Shown here piece by piece: positions 12,864 to 24,558 of a stretch of DNA of 64,000 nucleotides. Location of the stretch: positions 404,860,001 through 404,924,000 of the forward strand of contig OZ024741.1 in NCBI GenBank assembly GCA_964016885.1, written 5' to 3'. Position numbers and translations under genes: made by a program. The notes below the pieces were generated by a model. It saw only the letters and a program-made list of their open reading frames with translations. It made no database searches and was not told the DNA's origin. Every line of letters begins with the position of its first letter. Position 1 is the first letter of the stretch. Source of the stretch: Eledone cirrhosa. Lineage: Eukaryota.

Positions 12864-13002
12864 TATGATGGTGATTGAAGATTTTCCGTCGGTTTCGATG
12901 ATGAGCATCCAGGTCTTCGGTGAATTCACGTGTACGAGTAAACGGTTGAATAATTCAGAGACTCAGAGACGTATAAAGCTTAGCGTAATACCTGAGTCAT
13001 AT

Positions 13003-13220
13003 GTGTGCGATACAATGTGACCAAAGGTGTGACACACTGTGACACAAGGTGTGACACTGAGTGACACAATGTGTGACACGAAGTGACACAGAGTGACAAA
13101 AGATGTGACACAGCGTGACACAAGGTGTGACACAATGTGGCAAGGTAAGACACAGAGTGACACAGTGTGACACAAGGTGTGAAACAGTGTGCCTAAGGTG
13201 TGACACAGTGTGCCACAAGG
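13003..13220. repeat. Degenerate 9-11-bp tandem repeat (gtgacaca core)
   Basis: About 20 variant units such as gtgtgacacaa and gtgacacagt. Confidence 0.85.
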
Positions 13221-13366
13221 TATACAGGAAACTGACTGGCCAGTCTGCTGATATGCAAATCTGGCTGATCGATCGGCTAATATGCAAATCAGGCCGATCA
13301 GTCACTGTGCATTTTTGAAAATAGCATATATTTTCACTAGCTCTGACAGTTTGGCAGGTGAACAGT

Positions 13367-13416
13367 GAGCTGTACTGATGAAGGGTGATACCCAGAAACA
13401 TTAGTGTGTGCAGTTC
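13367..13416 (+). ncRNA. Minimal hammerhead-like motif
   Basis: gagctgta-CTGATGA-a-gggt(gat)accc-a-GAAA-ca-TT-agtgtg-tgcagttc. Core intact, stem I offset. The 130-bp tail ends in (TA)n and recurs at 4573-4685. Confidence 0.55.
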
Positions 13417-13548
13417 TGTTCGCATGCCAACACAAGAGCAAGAATGAAGTGTTCAATCTACAGACATGGCTTTAAAATTGAGGCTTGTTTGCATAATTGC
13501 AAACGAATCGAATGTTATTATTAATATTCGAAAAACTCAGATTACATT

Positions 13549-13616
<68 letters not shown>

Positions 13617-14170
13617 AACAACAAACCGCTTAACACACTGGTGGAAGAATCTTTTCGCTTTGTCGTCGTCGTCGTCGTCGTCGTCGTAGTAGTAGTAGCA
13701 GTAGTAGTTTTCCCTTCCTTTTCCGTGTGAATCAGCGTTCTAAGTTTCTTAACTTGGAATCAAATCGGATTAACACCAAACAGTGGCCCTAATCAATTTT
13801 TCAAGCCTGCAGTTCCAGACGACGACTAAATAAGTGTCGCAGACTTCTGTAACCTGGCAATTCTAGACTGTTTAGGAAACCATTGCCTTCAGCGAATTTC
13901 GTACGTAATGGATTGTACTCTTTCTACAATAATTACATTGTTGAAGGGATACATGATTGGGACAGTGTGTGTTTGTGTGTGAGAGAGAGAGAACGTATGT
14001 ATCAAGGTGTATTTGACAGTAGCTTATTTATATATATATATATACATATGTATATATATATATATATTAGAAATTAGAAATTATAAGCTTTCACCGTATT
14101 TTAAACTAAAGAAATTTCTAGCCTGATAGTGGGGTTTATAACCCTCGGAGAAATGGAAAAAGATGAGTGT

Positions 14171-14240
14171 TGCCGTACATGGGAGTCGAACCCACATCTT
14201 TGGTTATCCAGACCAATGTGCTACCATTACACATCCCGTC
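14171..14240 (-). pseudogene. tRNA-like sequence (SINE head or tRNA pseudogene)
   Basis: Minus strand has D region tgtaatggtagca, anticodon arm ttggt-ctGGAta-accaa and T arm gtggg-ttcgact-cccat; the acceptor stem does not pair. Confidence 0.6.
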
Positions 14241-14283
14241 TCCTTCCATTCGAATTAGAAGCTATGAACTTAGCAAGTGAATG

Positions 14284-14460
14284 ATAAACAAGCAAATTAT
14301 AAATGTAAACATGTAAGTATGTTTTTGAAACGGTGCGCGAGTTTGAAAATTAGAAATTAGAAATTATAATACGGTGAAAGCTTATAATTTCTAATTTTCA
14401 AACTCGCGCACCGTTTCAAAAACATACTTACATGTTTACATTTATTATTTGCTTGTTTAT
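14284..14460. repeat. Fold-back inverted repeat
   Basis: 14284-14361 is inverted at about 14383-14460; 14368-14395 is also the inverse of 14073-14100. Confidence 0.9.
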
Positions 14461-14501
14461 ATATATATATATATATATACATACATGTGTGTATGCGTAT
14501 G

Positions 14502-14552
<51 letters not shown>

Positions 14553-14794
14553 TTTCTTTATTAACCACAAGGGTTTACATAAAGTAGACATTAAGGACAG
14601 TACAGGACAATACAGGGCGGTACAAATGGGCATTTCTGCGTGTAAAAAAACAAGAAACAGAGGATGTAATAATAGAACAATGAAGAAATTCCCCAATAGG
14701 GGGGAGACTTCCGAGGGACATTGGTGGAGAAAGCCCATTAAAAAGCCACAGTGACCCTGACCACCAGAGCAAGTGCCTTCTCCCAGTTTTCCAC

Positions 14795-17700
14795 CTTTAA
14801 TTTGCAGACACATACTCAGAGTAGGCCCATTCACTCGGGCCATTCTTGCCTCTCTCACCCATCTTTCAACAAATGCTGGGAAGAGAGCACTTCCCTCTCT
14901 ACCCTGATTTTCCTTTTCAAATGAAATTTGAAAAAGTTAATCAGGGCATCACCGAAGAGGTAAGTGCTCGTCTTCAGCCCTTTCAAACGTGTCCACCATA
15001 CTATCTCTTTCGCCATGGCCACAGACAGATAAAAACTGCCTGCCCTTCCCGGCTAAAGGAAGAGGGCGGGGCAATCCTCACGATGGACTCAGCTGATAGC
15101 TGGATCCGTCCCACACGCGACAGCAGGTGTTCGACATAAACCCACAAGTCAGCAATGCTCGGACACTGGACGAGTACGTGCAGGACGGTTTCGTCGCCCT
15201 GCGCGCATCTCGGACATGCCTGGCTGACGGCACCTCCATGCCTGTAGAGTTTATCCCGAACTGGCAAAGCTCCTCGGTAGCACTGCCAGGCTAGGGATTT
15301 CTGGAAGTTGTCCATAGGCCCCGGCCCGAAAGTTCTTCCGAAGAGATTGGCTAGTTGATTTTCGTCGACGCCTAGAGTTTCCCCAAGTACGTCGTCGCTC
15401 TTCCCCTCCACTAATCCTCTATAGAACGCCAAGGTGGAGTTTCCACCGATCACATTGCCCGATTGGTCGAGGGCTGTGAGCGCCTGAAGACATTCCAGTC
15501 TCCAGGCGCTCCCTCTCGGTCTTCGCTTGACCCAGGACTGCAGCTCCGTCAAGGAGACGAGCTGGGGAAAGACGTGTCTAGCAAACGGAGACCACACCTG
15601 ATCACCGTCGAGGAAGAGGTGGAGATGTCGTGGCCTGAGCGCGTGTCTGCGCATCATCAGCCACGGCATTCCCAGCCCTCCACGTAGCGGGTGTTGACAG
15701 CAGATGGACCGCCTGACCATCGGAGCGCGTCCCTTCCACAAAAAGCGAAAGAGCAAACGCTCCAGCGCAGTCAGGCGGGGCTTAGGACAAGGTACGACGG
15801 TCAGGCGGTAGTAGATGACGGACGCGATATACGCGTTAGCCACCTCCGCTCGACCTTTCAGGGATAGCTTCCTCTCGGCCCATTTCTGGGTGAGAGAAGC
15901 CACCCTGCTCGTCACCTCGTCCCAGTTTTGTCCGTCTGGAGATCTGGACAGAACCAGACTCCGAGCAATTTAACTGGTCCGTCCGTCCAGCGCCCGGCGA
16001 CGCTGTTGGACGGCATGGACGTGCCTCTCCAGGTGCCGAGCTGCAGGCCCACTGACTTTTCCTGGTTGATCATTGCTGCTGTCAACGTTTCGTATTCTCT
16101 TAGTCTAGTGCCGATCGCCTCGATGTGTTTGGCGTTCGACACCACTACGGTGACATCGTCCGCATATGCTGACACGGATCTTCCGCATCCTAGTTCGCGC
16201 GGGACCCCCCTCAATGTCTCCAGTTTGTGCAGTAATGGCTCGAGAGTCTATACGTACAAGAGGGACGAGAGGGGACATCCTTGGCGGACCGAGCGTATGA
16301 TGTTGAACGGTTCCGAAAGCTGACCATTCACTCTCACCACAGAGCAGATGTCACTGTGCATGGCAGCGATCCAGCCTCTGAAGACGGGCCCAAAGCCAGC
16401 CGCCCTCAGGACTGCCGCTAGGTAACGATGGTCGACCCTATCGAAAGCTTTCGACTGATCTAAATTGATCAAGGACCCACCCGTGCCAGGTTCTCTAGAT
16501 ACCCTCTCTACGATGTATCGCATGAGGTGGACGTTGTCGTGGATGGATCTGTCGGGAATGGCGCATGTCTGCGCCTCTCCCACCAGACCACCAACGACAA
16601 GCGCCAACCTCTTTTCTAGCACCTTGGCCAAAATCTTGAACTTTGTGTTTAGCAGAGTTATGGGCCTAAAATTATCTATGTTATCCCCCTTGTTCGGATC
16701 CTTTCTCAGCAGCGCCACAGCTCCTCGGCTCACAGAGCTGGAAATTCTCCCGTTCTGTTGCCAGTTGCAGTAGACGTCCGCCAAGAGGCCTCCGAACAAG
16801 TCTGGCATCTGTATGTAAAGTTCATAGGGCAGACCATCCAAACCAGGCGATTTACCCCTTGTGCAGCTAATCATTGCCTTCCGTACTTCAGCGGCTGTTA
16901 TCGGCTTTTCCCAACACTCTGCCTCAGTGGCCGAGAGCCGCGGCAGTCCGTCGAGGTAGACACTAAAGTCCATACCTCGATCCGGCCCGCCGTTTTCCCC
17001 GAAAAACTGAGCGAAGTGTCGCTGAAAAGCTTCACACATTTGCCCGGGATCGAGTAGCAAGGCGCCCGTCGTGGTCCACCAAAGACCGGATCGTGACTTT
17101 GTTGCCGGGTCCTCGTCTATGAAGCCTATCTAAGTCAAGCACACAGATCACGAATTTGTGGTCCGTGTAGCTGACTATCTTGAATTGTGGACAGCCTATG
17201 CTAGACCTATCTATTTCCCTACAAAATACTCTATCTAGATATGATCTGGATGACCCTATGTGATTTGTCCAAGTCCACATTGGCACATTCGGGAAATCCA
17301 ATCGGTACCTGTCAGACAGTTCAAAACGCCTGAGCAGGCTGGTGAGGCTCTTGCATCCTCCTCCCCTATCTGCTAATCCGACACAGTCCCAGCGTGCATC
17401 TAAGGTCCCGTTCTAGTCGCCCACTAACACTAAAAAGCGGGACGTTCCAAGAAAGGTCTCCAGACGTCGGAAGAAATCAGGCCGCCCTGCTCCTGGTGGG
17501 GCATAGACGGCCACTAGCCTGAAATCTTGCCCGTCTCCGTTGGTCACGTCTAGCACCACCAACTTACCTTCTGGGTCCAGGAAGATGGCCCGTATGGCGA
17601 GATCCAAACCTCTCCGAAAAAGCACAGCAACTCCTCCCCCGACCCAGGACGGCTGGGAGATGCGTACACATCGTAGCCGCCGAAGATCGGTGCGAAGGCC

Positions 17701-17837
17701 CGTGCTTCGGAGATTCTGGTCTCGCTGATGTCCACTACATCTATGTTTAGTGACCTGAGGTCGTTGAGAAGGTGGCCCTGCTTCCATGACGACCCCAAGC
17801 CACGCGCATTTATGCTGCCTATTCTGAGTGAGGTCAT
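14795..17837 (-). pseudogene. ORF2 (APE endonuclease + reverse transcriptase + zinc finger), frameshifted
   Basis: APE: SINARGL, ISET, AVYAP, LVGD, SYLDR, TDHK. RT: KSPGLDG, FRPITLLN, DQSKAFDRV, VRQGCPLS, AYADD. Finger: CPRC..ETVLHVLVQC. Split over at least 6 ORFs; 3' end approximate. Confidence 0.9.
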
Positions 17838-17871
17838 GTTGAAATGGAGTGGAAAAGATGGGAAAGACCAC

Positions 17872-19774
17872 TTACCTTACTTCTCGTAGAGGAAGGATGG
17901 TTTGTCCATCCTTTTCACTGCTTGTGGCCTCCTCCGGAAAGATGTCCTTATAAATCCTCCTGGAGAGTGTTTGTTGGAAGTCTCCGATGTCTTTGGGGAA
18001 TTTTTGTTTTAGTGTAGTGTACGTTTTCTGTGTGATGCGAGTGATTTGTATGTGTGGAGGTGGTGTGAACTTTTGGGTTGTTGTGTAGTATTTTTCTGTG
18101 ATGCTGGTGTTGTGTTGGATGTAGTGTAATAATTGGTTGTTGTTCAAATTTAATGCTGTGTAGTGTGTATCGTTTTGGTTGTTTTGTTTTGTTTGCGTTT
18201 GTTGTGGGTTTGTTTCTGTTTCGCTTTTTGGTGACTTTTGTGGTGTTGGTGATGGTGGTGTTGGTGTTTGTGGTGATGGGGTTGGTGATGCTGGTGTGGA
18301 TGGTGGCATATCTGTCCTAACTTTTTTGTTTGATAGTTTATTTGTTTCCCTCTATATTTTGTTTTTGGAGGGGGAAGGAACGGGATTTTTTCTTTTTTAG
18401 TTTCTTTTTCTTTTTTTCTTTTTTTCTTTTTTTCTTTTTTTCTGATACCGTTTCCCACTCCTCGTCGTCACAATCTGTCTCCAGTTGCGATAGGTCGGGG
18501 AGTGGAAAATCCTCCACAGGCGTTGGTTTTGGTTGTGGCGTGGTGGATGGTGTAGGCGCTGGTGCTAGTTCTGGCGCGTTGGGTGGTGGTGGTGTTGGTT
18601 TTGCTACTGTTGCTGGGGTTGTTGCTGTTACAGTTGCTTCTGTTGTTGCTGCTACAGTTGTTGCTGCCATTTCTGGTGCTGGTGGTGTTGATGGTTGAGT
18701 CTGGGGTGGGTAAGAGAGGTGGATTCAACCTTTTAGCCTGAGGGCAGAAAGCCCTTAGGTGGGTTCCTTCACCACAAACGACACACCTAGGCCTTCTGCC
18801 CTCGACGATTACGATGAGGTGGTTGCCGTCAGTGAGGTCTATTACCTCTGGGATCTCCTCAACTCTTTTTTGGTCCGCTTGGATCAGGAGCTCCATCCCA
18901 GATCCGGACCAGTTCTCCTGCTTTTCTTTCACTATTTCGATGACCTTGGTGTTGGCTTCGATGCCGGCGAGGGCGGCAGCCATTAGCCAGGAAATTTCGA
19001 TGGCCGGTGGAACGAGTCTCTGGCCACAATAGCTTGAGACGAGTGTGAAGTCGACACTTCTTAATGGGGCCATGGAGTGTTCTCTGGCCTCCTGTGGTGT
19101 TTCAAAGAACACGTCCGCGGTTCCATATTTCTTCCCACGTCTGATGTGGGGGTTTTTTGCCCACACATGTCCCAAAGCTTTTTGGATTTGGGACTCGGAT
19201 GCCCGTTCCACTCGGCGCAATTTTATGTTAATCGTCCGATAAGACACGGTGCATAGGCGCCGATGCTCCATTTTATTAGGTGGGGGGTGAGGCTGACCCT
19301 GTACCCATCTTTCTTTAACATTTTTTTGGATTCTTCTAATTCCTCCTGAGTTACCTGGAATGCTTCGCACTTTTTTGCTACTCTGGCAAAAGACAGGGTT
19401 TTCTTATTCTCATTGTTGCTGTTGTTGTTATCGTTATTTTTGTTATTGTTAATTTTAGTTTCAGTTGTGACGTCAGTGGTGTTCGGTGTGGAAGAGTTCA
19501 TTTTGGCTGAATTCGTTTCGATATCGCAAGTTAATTTATTTTTTTCTTTTGTTTCTGTTGTCGCTGTGGTGGTGGTGGGGGTGGCGGCTTCAACACCTGC
19601 AGTCATTGGTAATGGCGGGAAATGAATGTCTGCCTGAGACAAATTTAGAATATTGCTACTGCTTTTATTTTTAGTGTTGGCAAACGTAGTAATATTTACA
19701 ATGGTGGTGTCGGTGTGAGGTGTTAGTTTGTGAGGAAGGCTCTCAGCTACTGGGTTCAGCTGTGAGCCGGCCAT
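17872..19774 (-). pseudogene. ORF1 (gag-like nucleic-acid-binding protein), frameshifted
   Basis: ATG at 19774; zinc knuckle CVVCGEGTHLRAFC (CX2CX4HX4C) in 18468-19370; T/P/K-rich low-complexity C-terminal part. Confidence 0.75.
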
Positions 19775-19995
19775 GATTTTTCAAAGAATTTTTGGGGGGG
19801 GCGGGGGGATAATTATAAAAGTTTAAATTTTGGGCTCAAGGCCCCAATCGTTTTGAGTGTCCTTTTCAGAAAACAATGTATGCGCACTTATATACAGTTA
19901 ACAATAAAAATTCTCCATAAATGGCAATTTTAAACAACTGAAAATAACAAACCTTTGCGGAGCTCACGATAATACGATTTACTACGTAGGTCGCT

Positions 19996-20207
19996 AATAA
20001 TAATAATAATAATAATAATTGTTTCTATTTTAGGCACAAGGCCAGCAATTACCCAGTACATTACTGGTACTTTATTTTATCGACCCCGTAAGGATGAAAG
20101 GCAAAGTTAACCTCGGCGGGATTTGAACTCAGATCATAAAGAGACGTAACTCTATGCTTCAAAGCATGGTGTCCGACTCTCTACCGATACTGCCAATCCA
20201 TTGCCCA
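19996..20207 (-). mobile_element. SINE family A
   Basis: Full copy; its (ATT)n tail directly abuts the Tx1 5' end. Confidence 0.85.
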
Positions 20208-20224
20208 ATAATAATAATAATAAT

Positions 20225-20365
20225 GCTTTCATTTATTGGCCACAAGGACCGACATGTAGGGGACAATACAAAGACAAGGACAGTGGGGTTTTATAAAAAG
20301 CTCGAATAAAAGTGTACAATGGCAAGACTAATTTAACAATGAAGATATAAAAAATATATTACAAA
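20225..20365 (-). mobile_element. 3'-end fragment of a related Tx1-like element
   Basis: gctttcatttattggccacaagg...ggacaatacaaagacaaggacag resembles the 3' end at 14551 (gatttctttattaaccacaagg...ggacagtacaggacaatacag); flanked by (AAT)n. Confidence 0.55.
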
Positions 20366-20550
20366 AATAATAATAATAATAATAATTGTTTCTACTTTTG
20401 GCACAAGGCCAGCAATTATCCCAGTGTATTACTGGTATTTTATTTTATCGACCCCGTAAGGATGAAAGGCAAAGTTAATCTCGGCGAGATTTGAACTCAG
20501 ATCATAAAGGGCCGTAACTCTATGCTACAAAGCATGGCGTCCAACCCTCT
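20366..20550 (-). mobile_element. SINE family A, slightly 5'-truncated
   Basis: Matches 12352-12545. Confidence 0.85.
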
Positions 20551-21381
20551 AATAATAAACGAAACACAGTTACTTTAAAACATTTCAATTCATTTTATTA
20601 TACGTATTTCGAAGATGCAAGGCTTAACATAAGCTAAAACATGTTCTCTTCGGACAAAACCCACTGGAAATGTAGAAAACATTTGAGACGAGCTATTCAG
20701 ATCTGTAGTTAATAAGCATATGAGATAAAAAAAACCTCAACACAGAAGATATTATTTTAGTTGGAAAAATATTACAGTAGGTATTGATGTTTTCAAACTG
20801 GCGAAAGTATGATGACTTTGGGGTGGTAAAAAAAATCAAAACAAAAACAAATATTGACCGTTAGTCTATTTATTTATAACTTAAGTTATATTAAATTAGA
20901 TACTATACTAAAAAATATATATTCGAAAATGCAAATTAATTATGTAACGATATATTAAAGAAAAATTTATAAATTATTAATTTCGTAGACAATTTATCGC
21001 AGTTTAAGTAAACAATTTATTTTAGTAGATATTATGGGAGTGGAAAAAAATATTTCACAATTTGCTAATTTCTAACTGTCTAGTTTATTATTGTTTGGGA
21101 TTAATTAATTGGTTCAAATTAAAAGATGTATTTGTTCTGGCCTAATTAGTTAAAACGGAATATGCATGTATTATAGACGAATATGTCAATTTTTATTAAA
21201 ATGAATTCGTTTAAATACTAATTAAAGTTAAAATAGATGTAAAAGTTATGATGAAGAAATATTATAATAGTTATTTGTTTTATTTAGCTTATTAACGAAT
21301 TGTAAATAAAATAGCAGAAAAACTGTATATAAAGAAAATGTTATATTATTTATTTAATAGTCTATTAAATTTTATTTAATA

Positions 21382-22336
21382 CTAGCAGTAAAGCCCGGCG
21401 TTGCTCGGGGTCGCTCAGTAGCTGTGTTAAAGTTACAATGTTAAGTTTCTTTTTTGGCTTAAAAACTGTAGTGTCTACTGTGCAGACTTGCATGTGGTGT
21501 TTTTGATTAATATTCCCTCAACCAACAATATGCCTTATGAAGTTAAGAAAACATAACGATAACCCGAATGTTATAACAAAAGAGGATGCTGGGGATAAAA
21601 ACTGCACTGGTTATTTATTAACAAAGATCGAAAATGTAAACACTGCAACGCAGAGAAAAACATTAGCGTAACCAAATTATCAGTTATGTCTGTCTGCACG
21701 CCTATATCACCTCTCTGCACGACTGGCACGACTGTCTGTCTGCACGCGTATATCACCTCTCTGCACGCCTAACGAAATTTACAGATACATATATTTTAAA
21801 TAAACTTATATAATTTTTGCTTTTTTTTTACGAAATATTTGCTTGTTTTACGTAGTCTTTAAATAGACTTGTTTTCAAGTAAAAATATTGTTTTAAAAGG
21901 CTTTTAAATGGAAATGAAGCAAAACGGAAGCTTAGTGTTCGAACTGATGAATTTTGCAGGTCAAAATTTTGCTGGCTCGACAACTGTTCGTGTATTGTGT
22001 TAATGTCATTTTAAACGCTGAGAAAGCCAGCGTAATTTTTTTAATTTTTGCCAGCGTAATTTTTTTAATTTTTGCACGCAGAAAATGTAAAAGACGCTAC
22101 GCTGAATGTAAACAGAACAAAGGGAAATAACTGATCACTTACGCTCAAAAATCGATACATTATATTCGATTTCGTCAGATAGGGCGGGTCAATTTGAAAT
22201 ATTTTTTTCCGATGTCTTCGCTAGGGCTCAATGTACAAGTATAGCAATTTCGGTGCAATTCCGTGAGAGATTCTAAGAGGAGATGTGTGCCAAAAATCGA
22301 TAGACAGACAGACAACCTCAGCTTTATATATATAGA
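21382..22336 (-). mobile_element. Non-autonomous Helitron (~955 bp)
   Basis: Minus strand starts TCTATATATATAAAGCTG with a (gtct)n tract and ends with hairpin cccgagc-aac-gccggg then CTAG; inserted between A and T with no TSD. Confidence 0.85.
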
Positions 22337-23351
22337 TTTAACTAAATACCTTATGAAACGTTTTGCCAAATTTATGAAGACAAGAACTAAAGATTTCAAA
22401 ACGTTTATTTATAATTAAACGTCTATCTTGATGTATAGAATCTCTGTGTTACAGAAGTCACATCCCTTATATATAGATGTATTTTCATCAGGCAAAGCAC
22501 GAGAAAGTTTCTGCTGCCAAGAAAGGAAATATTGAATATTATTATTTTTAAGCGACCAAATCAATTCAGAGAGAGAGGCGTACTAAATCTTTTATCTTTT
22601 GTTTTAAACGAGTGGCGATGGTTATACAACCTTACTTTAAATTTAGAAGAAGTAGCACCAATAAGACTTATCATTCGTTTTAACTATACATTTATAAACT
22701 AAGTTACGATGAAGGCAGTTATTATTATGTTAATGGTATTATGACTGTTACTTAAGATGTTAATTTCATTGGTGAATCTATAATTATTATTGTGAGTTAT
22801 TTCCCTGTGTTTAATTCCAAGATTTCTATTGTTAATTTTTGCTATACTTTGGGCAATGTTTTTAGTAGTCGAGTAGGAAAGTTTAATTGTGTGTCGGTTA
22901 AAGATTTTACTGTATTTATGTGATTTAGGAAAGCATTTAGCAAGTGTGTTAAAGAAAAGACAAGCTAAGTTCTTCTTAATTCCTATAGATAGTGGTGGAT
23001 TATACCACAGAACGGAACGGGATCGAACCCTCTTATGTAACTTATTAGTTGTATAGGAGTTATAGTGGTGTCTACCAGTCTATGGTAGGGCCAATAACAG
23101 TAACAGAAATAATTCCAACGAGATCAGGTGATGAGAGTTTTAGTTGGCTTTCTATATATTGAATTACATTGAGCATTCAAATAGCTACAGAGACATATAT
23201 ATATATATATATGTATATGTGTGTGTGTATATATGTATGTATATATATATATATATGTTTCTGTGTATATATATATGTGTGGTGTGTGTGTGTGTATGTA
23301 TATGTATATGTATATGTATATGTTTGTGTGTGTGTATATATATATATATAT

Positions 23352-24280
23352 AAAATAATTAAGTCAAATATGTAAAATTTGGCTTCGTTTATTATAAATT
23401 ATAGATATACTGCTATATATATTTCGGTGACAGCCATCATTGGCTGTGACCTCTTCAGGCAGTCCGAATTGGTGTGGGAAAGACAGGTACACATGTTGTT
23501 GAAGTGTGTTTTACTCCGTCACTACATCGATATGTCCAGCTCCTGGGTGTGTTGTTATTCCTCCGAGGAACTGAAACCAATCTGCATACTGAGGTGTCGG
23601 TAAACAACCAGCATATACTAAATATCTAAAATGTGTATTATTAACTAGTAGAATTAACGATTAACTGGTTAATTTAATTAGACAATTCTATTGATTGATT
23701 AATTGTTTATGTTTGTTTGATAACTTCTAGTTGAGTGCTTAATTCGGTTTGTCTAAAGGAATTTTATTCCTTTGTCCCAAATTTCGAATTGACCGCCAAA
23801 ACGGGGGTTACCTCCCTTTGGGAAAACCACGTATCTCTAGCGAAGTTTACTGCTAGAAAATACACCCGTCGAGGAATAGAACGAAAATATTGTTGACGAA
23901 GTAAACTCCTTTGTTCTGTCGTCAAAAGCCATTAATTTGCAGACCCCTGCAAGTGGAATTTGTCGATCTCGGATTTACAGAAACCTAGCGAAGATGTTGT
24001 ATGTTATATGTGATGTATATTGTATGCTATACGTTATGTGTTGCATTTGATGTCTACGTTACGGTCCAGGTCAGTCAAAAGTTTTTCCTGAGTTAAGTTT
24101 TTTTCGTCGCTATGGAAATGCGGACCGACTATCGGTCTCTGTATTTGATTTGCAAAGCTGTCTAAACGTATTGTTATAACTCTGGGCTAATATTCTCCAT
24201 TGAGTGCTTAACTGCACACCGAATCTGCATTCGTTAGCTTGGCTGCTGCCAAAAGCTTCGTTGATGCTGTACTAAAATGT
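23352..24280 (-). mobile_element. Non-coding ~930-bp HHR-containing element between (TA)n tracts
   Basis: Both ends abut (TA)n; canonical HHR about 57 bp from the 3' end; no credible ORF. Boundaries inferred. Confidence 0.5.
23409..23463 (-). ncRNA. Canonical type I hammerhead ribozyme
   Basis: Minus strand: actgc-CTGAAGA-ggtcacagcca(atga)tggctgtcacc-GAAA-t-atat-a-TA-gcagt. Perfect 5-bp stem I, 11-bp stem II (1 mismatch), full core, AUA triplet, palindromic stem III. Confidence 0.85.
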
Positions 24281-24281
24281 G

Positions 24282-24335
<54 letters not shown>

Positions 24336-24337
<2 letters not shown>

Positions 24338-24558
24338 TAAAAGGTAAACAGAAATAACAACACAATCGGTACAGTATATGGAAGGTATATATTAGGCTAA
24401 CACTTGATATAGCAGGAAGAAGGCCTTAACTTTTCAGACGGTAGTCTTTCATCAGAAGAAAGAATGACAAATAGGATAGGTTGAGGGGACAGGTGGGTTG
24501 GAATTGGAAAAAATGTCCTTAGATAAAAATAACAGGTCCATTCATCTTGACATCTCTT
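24336..24558 (-). mobile_element. Short HHR-containing dispersed repeat, copy 2
   Basis: Reverse complement of 10686-10908; lies between (TG)n and (TA)n tracts. Confidence 0.75.
24424..24459 (-). ncRNA. Minimal hammerhead-like motif
   Basis: Minus strand: tctt-CTGATGA-a-agac(tacc)gtct-GAAA-ag-TT-aagg. Confidence 0.7.

Larger units (their letters stand above)
14551..19995 (-). mobile_element. L1/Tx1-clade non-LTR retrotransposon, near full length, decayed
   Basis: ORF1 with CCHC knuckle, then APE endonuclease, RT and C-terminal zinc finger in L1/Tx1 order; flanked on both sides by (AAT)n. Confidence 0.92.

Noticed and set aside
12880-12930. Minus-strand CCGAAGA...GAAAC motif
   Set aside because: No NUH triplet or stem I; more likely part of an unrelated dispersed repeat.
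14171-14240. Functional tRNA gene (GGA anticodon)
   Set aside because: Acceptor stem unpaired and no long variable arm as expected for Ser; kept only as tRNA-like.
14846-19674. Plus-strand ORFs over the retrotransposon
   Set aside because: Antisense shadows of the GC-richer Tx1 ORF1/ORF2.
21944-21975. CTGATGA followed by hairpin attttg/caaaat
   Set aside because: No GAAA or NUH after the stem; not a hammerhead.
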